In this document: positions 26,738 to 39,929 of the stretch, piece by piece
How the letters are laid out: each line of letters begins with the position of its first letter
How positions within the stretch are numbered: position 1 is the first letter of the stretch
Assembly (NCBI GenBank): GCA_951406725.2
Contig: OX597819.1
Coordinates: 22,320,001-22,384,000, forward strand
Direction of reading: 5' to 3'
Source of the DNA: Octopus vulgaris
Lineage: Eukaryota
DNA: 64,000 nt
Translations under genes and position numbers: made by a program
The notes under the pieces: generated by a model
The model's database searches: none
The model's input: only the letters and a program-made list of their open reading frames with translations
What the model was told of the DNA's origin: nothing

Positions 26738-26826
26738 AGGATTTCAGCAGCACTGATAACCCATTGTAAGAAGAGGGAGACGTAGAGGAATGGGTCAGGT
26801 AAGCTTAACAAAATCCCATTATTATT

Positions 26827-27385
26827 GAGTGACAGAGCAGTGCATGCCATCAAATTGAGAGTGGGGTTAAATATACGAAGCCCAGTATACCCATCATGAC
26901 AACTCGTCTGATAAGGGCACGCAAGGGACATGCATCACAACCACAAGTGCGCGACATGGTGATCTCATATCAAGACATGTCAAGATTAACAGTGCATGAT
27001 TTTGCTGTGTGACTCAGAATTTTCTTCAGGTCGAGTAGCCCATCCCGCTTAAAAGGTCCTTGAATAAGGGTTCTTTAAGGATGTTGAACGAAACACCCAT
27101 GTTTCCAGCGGTGAATTACCTAAGCCCCAAAGAATTCCTCTCAACATATGGCTACGATGCACCCCCACTACCTCCGCTTCTGATCAGAGATGCACATAAT
27201 ATTGTCAGCCACTAAGGGATATGCTCAACTGGGTAAGGTCAAACAACCGACAAGCAAATCTTATTGAGCGGAATACTTGCTGTAGCCCATCTTTTATACG
27301 AAGACAAATCAAAATACATGATTTCACTTCAAATCAGTTAAGATTAGAAACCATGAAAGCCGTTGTCTTGTATTGCATCAGAGCA
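26827..27385 (-). mobile_element. About 560-bp non-coding interspersed repeat bounded by TTA repeats
   Basis: ATTATTATT at left, long (TTA)n at right; partial second copy at 1721-1879; strand assigned relative to the adjacent Dong element. Confidence 0.7.
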
Positions 27386-27439
27386 TTTATTATTATTATT
27401 ATCATTATTATTATTATTATCATTATTATTATTATTATA

Positions 27440-27498
<59 letters not shown>

Positions 27499-27500
<2 letters not shown>

Positions 27501-30500
27501 TATGTTTGACTTTTGCTTTATGTCTGTACAAGTTGGCTCCAAGTCTCACCTAGAGACCTCAAGAGACAACAGGTTGGAAGTTCTGTGCCATATATTTGGG
27601 GGTATTTTTTTGTTTTTTTTGGTGTTGTACTAGTTGAATGTCTAATACATAAAAAAAAAAATAAAATAAAAAAAAATAAATAAACAAAAACTTTTTTTTT
27701 AAATTTTAAAAAAGAAATAAATAAATAAAGTTTGTTTTAAACCTTGGGATTACATAGAGAGTATTTTGCGTAGGATATGAGCAGTTCCCATGAGCACTAT
27801 CTTTTGAATTTCTGCCATTTTTTGGTTTCCTGGTATCTGAGTTAAGTAGCAATCAGTCCCTTTCGCTATCATTCCCAGGGCACCTATGACAACAGGTATT
27901 GTTTTAGTCTTCAGCTTCCACATTTTGCTGATTTCTATTTCAAGATCTTTATATTTGCTCAGTTTTTGGTAGGTCTTGACAGATACGTTTATATCGATTG
28001 GGACAGTCATATCAATGAGGAGGCATGTTCTTTGTCTGAAGTCTTTCAATATAAAGTCTGGCCTATTTGCATATACCTTCCTGTCAGTTTGAATGGTGAA
28101 GTTCCAGAGGAGTGAGATGTGGTCATTTTCAAGCACAGGAGGTGGATTGTGTTCCCGCCAGTTTTTTTCATGGGGCAAATCCAGGTTTTTGCAAATTACC
28201 CAGTGAATATATTGTGCAGCTCTATCATGCCTACTGAGGTACTCTGTAGGCGCTAGAAGACTGCATTTGGAGACAACATGGTCAATGGTTTCATTTTGTT
28301 GTCGGCATACACGACATGTTGGGCTACTGCCGTTCTTTAATATGTTGGCCTGGTAGTTTCTTGTTGGTAGGCATTGATCTTGAGCTGCTATGATAAACCC
28401 CTCTGTTTCAGATTTTAAGCCAGAGGCCATTAGCCATTGATGGGTCAGGGCTTTGTCGATATCTGCATTATTCGCTCTCTTTGGATATTTGCCATAGAGA
28501 GGTTTTTCTTGCCATTTATTATTCAGATTATCTAAGGCCGCAGTTTTGGCACGGGTTTTCATGCGCCTAGCTTTTTCTGTGCTTGTTTCTTGTACATCTA
28601 TCTCTAATTCCGAAATTGGTTGTATTCGGAATTCACTTAGATATTCCTTTGCCTGTTTTGTGACTGAGTATGATGCTTTCTTGTTTTCATGTTTTGAGAC
28701 AAGTTTTAACATCCAGTCCTCAGAGTTTTTCAGGTAGGTGTCTAGGCCAATTGTAGCAATCTTCATTGTTATTGCCAGTTGCAAAAGACCACGGCCTCCT
28801 CTTTTCTTGGCAGATAGAGTCGTTCTGTATCTGCCTTAGGGTGGTGCATTCTATGCATTGTCAACAGGTTCCTTATTTTTCTGTCGAGCTGACATATTTC
28901 AGTAATTGACCAGTTAACAATATTGAAACTGTAAGTCACGACTGGTATGGCTAATGCATTGATCGCTTCGATCCTGTTTCTTGCATTCAGCTCTGTCTTG
29001 AGTATTGCTCTCACTCTTCAATAGCATTCTCTCCTGATCCTTTCCTTCATCTCTGAATGCCTTATTCCGTTCCCTTCAATTACCCCTAGGTACTTGTAGC
29101 TCTCCGCTGGGTCTAGTTCTTTTATGACATTCTGCTGGTCAAGGTTAACGTTAGATGTTTCTGTCATTTTTCCTTTGATAAAGGTAGCCTTTGCACATTT
29201 ATTGAGGCCGAATTGCATTCTGATGTCGTCACTGAATTGTTTGACTATCGCTAGTAAGCCCTTGAGTTGTTGGTCATTTTTTGCAAAAAGCTTTAAATCA
29301 TCCATGTAAATGAGATGATTTATATTTTTATCAAACATTTTATACCCGTACTGCGCGTCATTGAGCAGCTTTGAGAGAGGTATTAAGGATAAACAAAAGA
29401 GGAGTGGTGACAGTGAGTCACCCTGGAAAATGCCACACGAAATTTTTACATCACCAGCATTTAGGGATTCATTGTCACTGTTCAGAGTTAGTGTGGTTCT
29501 CCATGATCTCATACCTACAGTCAAGAAGTTTCGCAGAATAGGTGCTGTCTAATACATTTCCAGGCATTTCCTAATCCAGCTATGTGGTAGGCTATCAAAA
29601 ACCTTTTTATATTCTATCCAGGCTATTGATAAGATTTGTGTCGTTTGTGACAATCTTCTAAGATCATCTTATTGATGAGTAGTTGGTCTTTACAGCCGTA
29701 GGATCCACGTTTACATCCTTTCTGTTCATTAGGGAATATGCTGCTGTCTGTTAAAAAACTATAGGTATATTCCGTCAGGACAGATGTTAGTGTTTTGTAC
29801 ATAGTTGTTAAGCACGTTATGGGTGTATAGTTTTTTGGTTCATTTGTTTCTTCACTTTTTGGAAGCAGGAATGTTAACCCATTAACTAGCCAAGAAGGCA
29901 TCCTACTAGGGTGTTGCACAACATCATTGTACAGTTCTGTTAGCAGTTCATGGCTCTCTGGGAAGGCATTCAGCCAGAAGTTAGGAATTTTATCCTTTCC
30001 TGGAGACTTCCATTTGCTTGACCCCCTTGAGAGTAGATCTTATATCTTCTACCTTGACACCCTCCCACTTTTGCTCTTCTAAGGGGTTCAGTTCTGTAGA
30101 TATTCTGTCAATCCAGGGGGCCTTTTCGTTGTGTGTTTTTTCTTCTGCCCAGATTTTATTCCAAAATTCCTGCACTTCTTCTTTTGATGGTACAGACCTT
30201 GCAGTAAACGCTGTTTTTCCTATCTTCCTGTAAAAATTCTTGGTGTTATTTTTGAACATGTTGTTGTCCTTAAAAATCTAACACGCTTTTCATACCTCGC
30301 AATGCGGGCAGCTTTGGTAGATACCTTTTGTTTGATGGTTTCTATGATGGCATCAATATCAAGTATAGTTTTCATATTGTATTTTTTCAGTAATTTTTGG
30401 GTTTTTGTAAGTTTGGTAGTCTTGTGAGCCTTAAGGTTTTTCAAATATTCAATGTCAGATCTAAATATTTTAATTTGTTGTTGCAGACGCTCTTGCCAAG

Positions 30501-30825
30501 AAGGCTTTTTGTGGGAATGTTGCCGTTTTCTAATCTTTACAACACATAGGATCGTTGAGATTTTCGCGGATGCATAGTATAGGTGGTTGAGGTTTGTGAT
30601 ATCAACATCATTAGCTGAAATTATATCCTTAAGTGCAAGCCGGATTTTACCAATTATTTTCATGTTTTGGTTAGAGTTGTGGATTTTAGGAAGTGTATCA
30701 CGTTCATCCATGCTGGTTTCTTTAATTTTCAGCCATTCAACCATGATTTGATTTTTTTAGCTCATGTAGTTCTGTTGGGTCAATATTTTTGTGACTTTCT
30801 TTATCTATTTGATGCTCATCTGTCT
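27499..30825 (-). mobile_element. R4/Dong-type retrotransposon, long copy with frameshifts, inserted in (TAA)n
   Basis: ORFs 30220-30744, 29990-30259, 29623-29919 (YTPITCL, EQKGC), 29018-29524 (GIFQGDSLSPL, YMDD), 28769-29014, 27750-28784 (CCHC, RPD endonuclease); (TTA)n at about 27388-27497 and 30826-30852. Confidence 0.95.
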
Positions 30826-30852
30826 TATTATTATTATTATTATTATTATTAT

Positions 30853-30901
<49 letters not shown>

Positions 30902-31318
30902 TGTAGTAGTAGTAGTAGTTGTAGTAGTAGTAATAGTAGTAGTAGTTTTATTTTTTAGCAACCACACGATGCTTATGCCGAAGCCTGATTGCGATTTAAC
31001 CCTTCACACCAAGTCCTTTTGCTCTGCGCAAACCATGCAGGTAGGAGAAACCTTTGTAGAAGAACGTATCATTAAATTGCTATCACTATACTCCTCATAC
31101 GTATTTGTTTTATCAAAACAGGACTGGCAAAAGAGGTAAATGATACGACTGAATTTCATATATGGATTAGAAGGAAGCAAAGGATATGATTTCAGTTGGA
31201 TATTATTGGAAACATTTTTACCTTCTAGTTTATAAAAACTGTACCTTCGAAAATATCCACTGTACAAAAGTGCTGGATAGATATTATTATAATATACGTT
31301 TTTTTTGTTTTTTTTTAG

Positions 31319-31453
31319 GGTGTAGAGGATGTTACTACAAGGAAAAACGCCATGAGGAGGGAAGAAGATGGTTGGAAAAGTATTCCTATAAATGTGCCAG
31401 GAACCAATGCATGCGTATTGATGGTAAATTGCAAGTAGCTGAACGAGAAGTGT
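31319..31453 (+). CDS. Cys-rich phase 1-1 exon, gene copy B: CRGCYYKEKRHEEGRRWLEKYSYKCARNQCMRIDGKLQVAEREV
   Basis: Long poly-T tract then AG at 31317-31318, donor GTAAGT 31454-31459, 135 nt open frame, joins in frame (T+AT = Tyr) to the 34151 exon. Confidence 0.75.
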
Positions 31454-31756
31454 GTAAGTTGACAAAGAAAACTTTCGTTTCCTCTATTCACTACGTGTTT
31501 TTATATATCAAAATCCCAATGAAAGTTTATATTTGCTTTGCTGTGTTTTGAATGCGATAGGCTTTGTTCAGTAACTCTTAATTATTGAGCAGCGTTAACT
31601 GTGAGACTTATACACAGATAATATGAAGACATCTTTAACACATCTTGAATGGTTCGTAACAATTGTTTCTGTACCAAATCAGATTGTGATTCCAGTTTAC
31701 GCAATAATCGAAATTAAGATTAACGCAGTGGCTCCGCTTTCAGAAGTTAATGTATC

Positions 31757-32101
31757 ACTTGCTGGTCTGGCATCTACAGTCTAGTTTCAGGGTATTTGTC
31801 ACTTATTAATGCAGAGCGGCTGTACCAGGCATGTGTCGCTACTGCGCCTGCCATGTTTCCTGACTGCTATGTTAGCTTGGCGATAACTATTAATAACAAG
31901 TACTGCTGCCGTAGTCTCCATTAGAGAGACTTAAAAATATTAATATTTCTATTTTTGAAAACCAGTGGATGTATTCCACTGAATTTAGGTAAATAATCCT
32001 TCAAAGAGACGGTCAGTAGCAACATCTGGGTGGTTCGGCTGCTCTGCATTGATAAGGGACAAATACCCTGAAATTAGTCTGTAGGTGCCAGACCAGTAAG
32101 T
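31757..32101. repeat. Fold-back/MITE-like element with about 88-bp imperfect inverted arms
   Basis: ACTTGCTGGTCTGGCATCTACAG...TTTCAGGGTATTTGTC (31757-31844) vs GACAAATACCCTGAAA...CTGTAGGTGCCAGACCAGTAAGT (32014-32101). Confidence 0.75.
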
Positions 32102-32366
32102 GGAAGCGGCTGACTTCCCCTATTCGAAGTTTATAATGGACACAGGTTTGTGTGTTACATAGCTAGCTAGAGGCAACGGCCTCTTGGAGTTATTCAACGG
32201 CAGCATTCGTCCTATTTTTCTGGACTGCCATATTAGCTTGCATTAACAATATATACACACATACATACATACATACATACATACATACATACATACATAC
32301 ATACATACATACATACATACATACATACATACATACATACATACATACATACATACATACATTATG

Positions 32367-32397
<31 letters not shown>

Positions 32398-32829
32398 ATA
32401 TGTATGTATATGTATATATATGTATGTATACGTTACAACTAAACGTATAACGATACTATTATACAAACTGTGGTTCCATACACACAATTTATAAATGAAA
32501 GCTAGGCACACGTATTGATGCACACACTCTTTCGAATACGAATGCCTACATACGACAACACCTCGACCCAAATATGCACAAAAAATATACCCAAGTTACT
32601 TCCATAAATTTGATGCACAGCACCTCTATTCTACGCTGTTACATTAAACTTCGGTCAATATAATATTCAGTTTTGTCATCATGTCAGCAGCCCTCCCAAA
32701 ATCAGCTAAAATTTAGAAAAGAACAACAGTCAGTAACATTATCTAGCGTGGCTTAATCCGTAGTATTTTGTTCATGCGACATTGAGGACACATTAAGGTG
32801 TTCAGTAGGTTCACTAAAAGATAAGTTTT

Positions 32830-33560
32830 ATAAGGTGTGAAGGCGCGTGGCCTAGAGGTTACGGCAATGGGCTCACGGTCGTGAGTTCGATTATTGTCAG
32901 AGTTTTGTTTTCTTGAGCAAGACACTTTAATTCACGTTGCCGCAGTAGGTTCACTAAAAGATAACTTTTATAACCTTTCTACTTTAGGCAGGAGGCCTGA
33001 AATTTGTGGGGAGGGGCAAGTAGATTAGATCGACACCAGTACGCCAATGGTACTTAATTCATCGACCCAGAAAGGATGAAAGGCAAAGTGGACCTCAGCG
33101 TAAATTGAACTCAGAACATGAAGACGGACGAAATACCGATAAGCATTGCGCCCGGCGTGCTTACGATTCTTATTTCTTTACTACCCACAAGGGGCTAAAC
33201 ACAGAGAGGACAAACAAGGACAGACAAATGGATTAAGTCGATTATATCGACCCCAGTGCGTAACTGGTACTTAATTTATCGACCCCGAAAGCATGAAAGG
33301 CAAAGTCGACCTCGGTGGAATTGGAACTCAGAACGTAACGGCAGACGAAATACGGCTACGAATTTCGCCAGGCATGCTAACGTTTCTGCCAGCTCGCCGC
33401 CTTTGATAACTTTTATAACGAGTGAAGGAACGTGGCTTAATAGTTAGGGCATTCGGCTCATGGTCGTGAGTTTGATTCTTGGCAGTGTGTTGTGTTCTTG
33501 AGCAAGACACTTTAATTCACATTGTCCCAGTCCATTCAACTAGCAGAAATGAGTCTTACC
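32830..33560. mobile_element. Cluster of tRNA-derived SINE fragments in both orientations
   Basis: Plus-strand heads near 32843 and 33425 (GGCGCGTGGCCTAGAGG...GAGTTCGATT); minus-strand Nin-type units about 32975-33405. Confidence 0.8.
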
Positions 33561-34150
33561 TGTAATTATCATATTATGAAACACCCTCAGAACTAAGTTA
33601 AGGGCACAAAACTGAAACCCTCGATGTTGTGACCGGCGTAGTGTCAGTTTTACCTATATACCCGAATATAATGCTTCCAAATACCTTTCATGTTACTGGT
33701 GTATATAGAAACAGAAATGTGTTCTACCTGTCCTTTAAAACCAGCAACAAACAATACAAACGAATACTTTAATCTATTCCGATTTTAGGAATATGAACTC
33801 AATATCCAAAATGCGTAATAAGTTACGTTAAATAAACATATATACCAGAATATCACTAACTGAAACGATGAGAGGGCAAAATAGTTAGCACGCCGGGCAT
33901 TTTCGCTTACCGGAAATTTTAATGGCTTTCTGACTTGAATTCATACTTCTCCGAGGTCGGTTTTGTATTCGATCCCTTCCAGACGGATAAAATAATTACC
34001 ATTTAAGCATTAGAGTCATTGTAATCGACTTACCCGTTCCTCTGAAATTGCTGACATTTTGCCGAAGTTTTGGGCCAGTATAGGCATAATTATGTCACCG
34101 AAATAGTTTAAATAGAATAATCAATACAGTGATCGTTTTCTTATCAACAG

Positions 34151-34298
34151 ATTGTCGGTTCTTTAATGCCGTATGTTCTAAGGGAAACACAGATTATATA
34201 ACCATCAAAAATGGCATCTGCTGGAATCACACCTGCATATATCATTCAAAATATCGCATTCAAGCCGACGTGTCATATGCCGGAAAATGTTCACGTCT
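34151..34298 (+). CDS. Cys-rich exon, gene copy B: CRFFNAVCSKGNTDYITIKNGICWNHTCIYHSKYRIQADVSYAGKCSR
   Basis: TTTTCTTATCAACAG acceptor, GTGAGT donor, open frame, five conserved Cys. Confidence 0.8.
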
Positions 34299-34525
34299 GT
34301 GAGTATATATTTTAAGCTATTTGATTTAACCCATGTAGTATATTTTCTCCATATTACAGTTGCGTTGTCCTTGTAATTCTTCCTCTTCAGTTCTAAATTT
34401 TACTCCAGTTAGCTCGAATTTAGATGTGGAAATACAAATCTTAACATTTCCAGTAGAATGATAAAACTGCTAAAATCGCTATTTTATATTTTTTGAAATT
34501 TAAAACGTGTCTGTTTCTCTTTCAG

Positions 34526-34559
34526 GGAAGCCCATATCAAGCTGCTTTCTAATTGTTAA
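34526..34559 (+). CDS. Putative terminal exon of copy B, (L)EAHIKLLSNC*
   Basis: CTGTTTCTCTTTCAG acceptor conserved with copy A; phase-2 join. Confidence 0.4.
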
Positions 34560-35091
34560 GTTGAGCATGATTACGGCCACTTGAATGGTTTACATGAACA
34601 AATAGATACATGTATTTATCTATTTTTGAATGCGGTTCTCATTCCATCGGTTTCTTTGTGGGACACCGAATACACGGACAAAATATAAAACAAGCAAACA
34701 TACAAGCACATTATATATATATATATGTGAGTGTGTGTGTATATATATGCATACATATATATACATATGCACACACATACATATATATATATATGACGGA
34801 TTTTGACAAAGTTTCTTACTACAGAATTTATCTAAATTCATTATGATCGAATCAGGTCTATAGGAAACTAAACTTGCACACGGAAACGTCCAGTGAGACT
34901 GAACGTTTTTGCACGTGGTTTGAAACAGATTATGGGGGTTCAAATAGTTCTAATGGTTTTGTCATAACATTAAGAACTGAAATTATTATACGAAACATTT
35001 TTCGTGTCAAGACGAATACCCGTTAACAAACATGCATAACATGCATATATATATGCATGTGCATATAAATATATATAAATATATATATGCG

Positions 35092-35133
<42 letters not shown>

Positions 35134-35159
35134 TAGTAAACAAGGGCTAAATAAAATTA

Positions 35160-35913
35160 TTTCTATGCCAATATGCTGATAACAGACTTTTAAATCGTCA
35201 ATTTCCACGTATTATTTATTCGCTACAGAAAATACGTAGAGCTGAAATCGAGGAATGTTAGCCAACAGGATCTTTTAAGAACGTTCGTTAATTCTGTATT
35301 GAATCAATTTCGGAATTATTCTCATAATAGATTTTTTCCGCCTCAGTAGAAAATACGAAAAGAAATAAATGAAATACTTACATGTGCCCATGGAAAAAAA
35401 GCCGAAGAAAAAATCATGAGTACATATAAGTACCCCAGATATATCTAAATATAAAATTCTTTGGTCAGCCTCAGCACCCGTGTGAACTATTCTCCACTAC
35501 AGCTTATAGTGGTTACCAGTCCCTATAGCGAAAGGTAATAAGTCTACTACTAATATAGGATGAAGTTTTTTTATAGAAAAAAATTCCATAAAATTCCATA
35601 AAAAAATGTGGCAACATATTAAAATGCCCTTAAGGTTAATTTCTATGCCAATATGCTGATAACAGACTTTTAAATCGTCAATTTCCACATATTATTTATC
35701 CGTTACAGAAAATACGTACAGCTGAAATCGAGGAAAGCTAGCCAACAATCGAGGAAATCTAGGATTTTATATTTAGATATAGCTGGGGTACTTTATCCCT
35801 TGTTTATAAGTTGTTTATAATTTTAACCTTAAAGGTATTTGAGAATATGCTGCCACATTTTTGATGAAATTTTTTTTCTGTACAAAAACTTCATCTTATA
35901 TCAGTAGTAGTAG
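35160..35913. repeat. Interleaved direct and inverted repeats
   Basis: Direct about 35160-35267 / 35640-35747; inverted about 35428-35460 / 35761-35793 and 35545-35639 / 35823-35910. Confidence 0.75.
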
Positions 35914-35916
35914 CAT

Positions 35917-36002
<86 letters not shown>

Positions 36003-36534
36003 GTATATGTGTGTGTACGTATGCGTAAATGTCGAACAATGAAATGATTGCTCAACACCACATTGGTGAATAATAATCTCTATATTTGTGAATTAAGGCT
36101 ACCATTGATTTCATGCTAAGAAAAGTAGGAAAATATCGTAGTGTCTTAACAATTTCCCAAGGCGATCACACGGAGAAAGTTGTTCACCTCCATTGCAGAA
36201 AAAGTCTCGAATCGTTCATTCTAGTAAATTCTAGTCAGTAAAACAATGAACCAATGGAACAAGGGACGTTACTCTTGAGTGCCATCTTTTTGATGTTTGT
36301 CTCCCTTGGATTTGTCTTTAGAAGTAAATTCTCTTATGATTAATTTTTTGAATTATTTTTCATTATTTTGTTTTTGTTCTGTCCTTGTATTCTTGTTCTT
36401 GTATAATGTGGGAGTTTGTTATTAGGGCGTACTCCTTCTTCGTGTGAAGATAGTGTGCTATGTGTCTTCACGTTTAGGAAAGGGGCTATCCTTGGAGAGC
36501 TACCCAGGGTGTCTACTTTGGAATATTCGAGTCA

Positions 36535-36957
36535 TATAACGTCACGTTAAATGACTTGATGTTAAAGGACGTTAAATGGAGTTATATGACGTGACGTTAA
36601 ATGACGTTACATGACGTGACGTTTAACGGAATGTCAAGTCACGTCATGGAATGTCATGTGTGGAATGTCTGGAATGTTTGGAATATCTGGAATGTCAGGA
36701 ATGTCTGGCATTCCAGACATTCCAGAAATTCCTGACATTCTTGACATTCCAGACATTCCAGACATTCCTGACATTCCAGATATTCCAGACAAGACATTCC
36801 AGACATCCTTGACATTCACACATTCCTGACATTCATACATTCCTGACATTCCAGATATTCGTGACATTCCCGACATCCCAGGCGTTCCAGACATTCCAGA
36901 TATTCCCGGCTTTCCTGTCATTCCAAACATTCTTTACGTTCCAAACATTCCAGACAT
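36535..36957. repeat. Minisatellite: GACGTTAAAT-like units then 9-bp GACATTCCW array whose orientation flips near 36708
   Basis: GGAATGTCT units 36627-36707, GACATTCCA/GACATTCCT units 36708-36957. Confidence 0.9.
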
Positions 36958-37456
36958 GAATATGCGTGAGGATTATGAGGAGGGCTGTTATGTTAGAATG
37001 GCACTAAAGGTGGGTACCAAAAGATATATAGGGGTGTTCTAAAGTGTGTAGTAGATCACAAAAGGGAAGGGAAGAATGCTAAGATGTAATGGTCAAATTT
37101 CTATAAATAGACATATTGAGCTGGCTAGTGTGGGATGAGTTATCAGAGGGAAAGAAAGAAGTGTATATTGATATATCCAATCGTGCACACACATACATAT
37201 GTGTGTGTATATTATGTAGGCCTGCGTAGCTGTGCACTTGGACACGTACGCATGTTGTATACATACATATACATATATATATATATATGTATATATATAT
37301 ATGTGTGTATGTATGTATGTATATATAGATACACACGCACACACCAATACAGAAATGCATACGCGCATACACGTGCGTACATATACACACATGCACGTGA
37401 CACAAACATACACACACATTTATATATATATACATACATATATATATACATATATA

Positions 37457-37540
<84 letters not shown>

Positions 37541-37559
37541 TCCGCATGCGTGCCCATTT

Positions 37560-39190
37560 ATATAGTATTAAACAATTAAAAGAAGATTGGAGAGTTAAGA
37601 AATTAAAAACGGAGACAATAGAAAGCCAAATAGGGTTGTTAAGGATTACCTGAATGGTGTTCGGATTAAGTGTTGTTTAAGCAGCATTTAGATTTGGGCA
37701 AAATTTGAAAGTATGAAAAAGTCGAGGTTGCATGTACCTAGTGCCTCATTACGTATATTTACTAGTATTGAAGCGTTGTGTTTTAATATGTGGAATGTCT
37801 CTTTTTGGCATAACTTACAGGCTAAGCGTTGACCTTTTGTATGGAAGCCTTGAGTCTTATGAACCATAACAAGATGTAGGGAATATTTCTATTTTTGAGA
37901 TGATGCATGTGACTGGTGTGTGTTGTGGATTTACTGTGTTTCTCGTACCTAAAAGAAATGACATGTACGGGGTATCTCTGTTAAAAATTTATAGTTGATC
38001 CTACATATATGGTTGTAGTATTGTGTAACGTTTTTTGGAGGATGCATTTATAAATTACATTAGACATTTTGCAATGGTTTTGTAGAGAGCAGATGTTCCC
38101 AGAACGGCAGCTATGTATACACTGGGCGCACGTGTATCCAGAGATGTTACAATGTGAGTTTTGATAACAGAGAGAATGTTTTCGTTTATTAGAGGCTGTT
38201 ATGATAAATTCAAATTTGGGCGGGGAAGGGCAGGATAACTTTAATGTAAATCTGTTGAAGATAGAGTGATATATATGTTGACACAGGAAAGTTGGTCCCT
38301 AGTATGTTAAAAATTTATTTAGTTAAGTTCTTAACTGTTCGTGTGAAGGTAGGTGTATACCATAGAGCGTCGGCCGCTTTTATGTTGGTTGTTTAAGGGA
38401 AGTATTATCTATATTTTTAGAAGTTAGAGGGAGTAATATGGCACGTTATTGTTAGCCGTTATAGCTTTTGATCTAGAGTTATATGTCTTGGAGTTTTAGT
38501 ATAATGTATGTGTGATTCTGCTGGTTGGAATGTCGTTGTGATATGAATTGAGATATATGTTGCTTGAACCTAGTATTAGGGGTGTATTTTATTTGTCGGC
38601 AGAAGCCGCTGGCAGTAAGTTCTTGGTTGTAATGTGGGTCTGGTTACTGAATATTTCCTCAGTGGATAATTTGTCAGATATACGAATCGAGATATCCTTA
38701 ACTATATTATCAAAGGTGGATTTGTGCTGATTGGAATTAATGTTTAAGTAATTAAGGTTAGGTTTGTGATATGGGGAGTATTGCGACATTCCTAAGTTTA
38801 GAGTTACGACTAAAATTAGTGGATTTGTGGAAATTTTCAAAAGGATTACAAGGTGAATGCGAGAAAAAATTGTGTAGATCTTTCCTAACTCGTTATAAAG
38901 AGGATTTATTTACGCTCTTGGTGACGAGCTAGACGTCATCTCTAAAGAGGCTTTCCTTGATGTTAGGGAAATGTATTTGAAGCTAGTGGAGTATGTATAG
39001 TCCAACGAAGTCAGTGACTTGGACGGAGTCGGATGATCCTATAGTAATGTCAAAAAATTTACTATGGTTAATGTTAGTTATAGTGGATCGCCCCGGCAGC
39101 AATTTTTGTCCTAAAAAACTAAGGGCTTTACGTGTATTAAGGATTATGTTAAATTCTAGTGGGGTTACGTTCCATTCTTTTCCCAAATGA
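37560..39190 (-). mobile_element. Decayed Penelope-like element related to 39930-44600
   Basis: ILNTRKAL...FFDITIGSSDSVQVTDFVGLYIL; YHKPNLNYLNINSNQH...ISIRISDKLSTEEIF; endonuclease-region remnants toward 37700-38100. Confidence 0.8.
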
Positions 39191-39929
39191 CTCCTTATAT
39201 TGAACTCTTATATTTCCCTCTATTTAAACATCTCACATTGTCTCTGGTGAAGGGAGATCCCTACTACTCAGAAACAGTTGCAAGACTATATTTCTCTTTG
39301 TAAATGTGCTGAAAATTTTGGACAGCTTTGGCTTTGTTGTCTCATTTATTTAACATGTGTGCGTATATGAGAGAGAGAAAGAGGGAGAGAGAGAGAAAGA
39401 GGGAGAGAGAGAGAGAGAGAGAGAGTATGTGTGTGCGTGTGTATTGCTTTTGTATCTGCTTTGATATATTCTTAATTGGAATTCTTGTGTTGAAAGAAAG
39501 TTTGTTGTGTCTAACGCATATTATTAACAGACACAATATATTAACAATGTACAATTAACATCTACAAAATAATTAACACACACACACACTGCTTCAATTC
39601 CACTCGTTTAGCACATTCCAGTTGTTTTCTTTTGTTTGTGAATGCTCTTTGGTTGCTTCTTGCAAACTTCTCTCTGATTTAGTCCGTTATACAGGCGGCA
39701 TTCTTTTGTTTCTTTGAGGTTTTGTTGCATACGTGTATGCATAAGAACGTGGGCGTGTGTTTGTGCATGTATATAATGTATATATGCATGTATGTATGTA
39801 TGTATGTATGTATGTATGCGTGTATGTACGTTTGTATGGCTATATTCTGTATATTTATGTATTTCTGTGTGTGCGTGCTTGTGTGTTTGTGTTTGTGTTT
39901 GTGCTAGTTTAGCTTTACTATATATATAT

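Larger units (their letters stand above)
32550..37950 (+). repeat. Segmental duplication unit; partner at 51388-53293 has internal deletions
   Basis: 32552-33170 ~ 51388-52005; 33841-34414 ~ 52428-53012; 37673-37950 ~ 53014-53293. Confidence 0.9.

Noticed and set aside
27330-27385. 5S rRNA-derived head for the TAA-associated repeat
   Set aside because: Only a few short word matches by eye; not supportable without alignment
31122-31135. Possible 14-nt micro-exon CAG|GACTGGCAAAAGAG|GTAAAT
   Set aside because: Length breaks the phase 1-1 frame and there is no paralog to confirm it
32060-32101. GCCAGACCA|GTAAGT resembling the end of the signal exon
   Set aside because: Stops upstream, no hydrophobic core, and it is one arm of an inverted repeat
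34360-34396. Nearer acceptor giving a hydrophobic tail LCVVLVILPLQF
   Set aside because: AG not conserved in copy A and sequence disrupted in copy C; 34526 preferred
36634-36930. Collagen-like GMS repeat protein
   Set aside because: Translation of a 9-bp minisatellite; no splice or signal context
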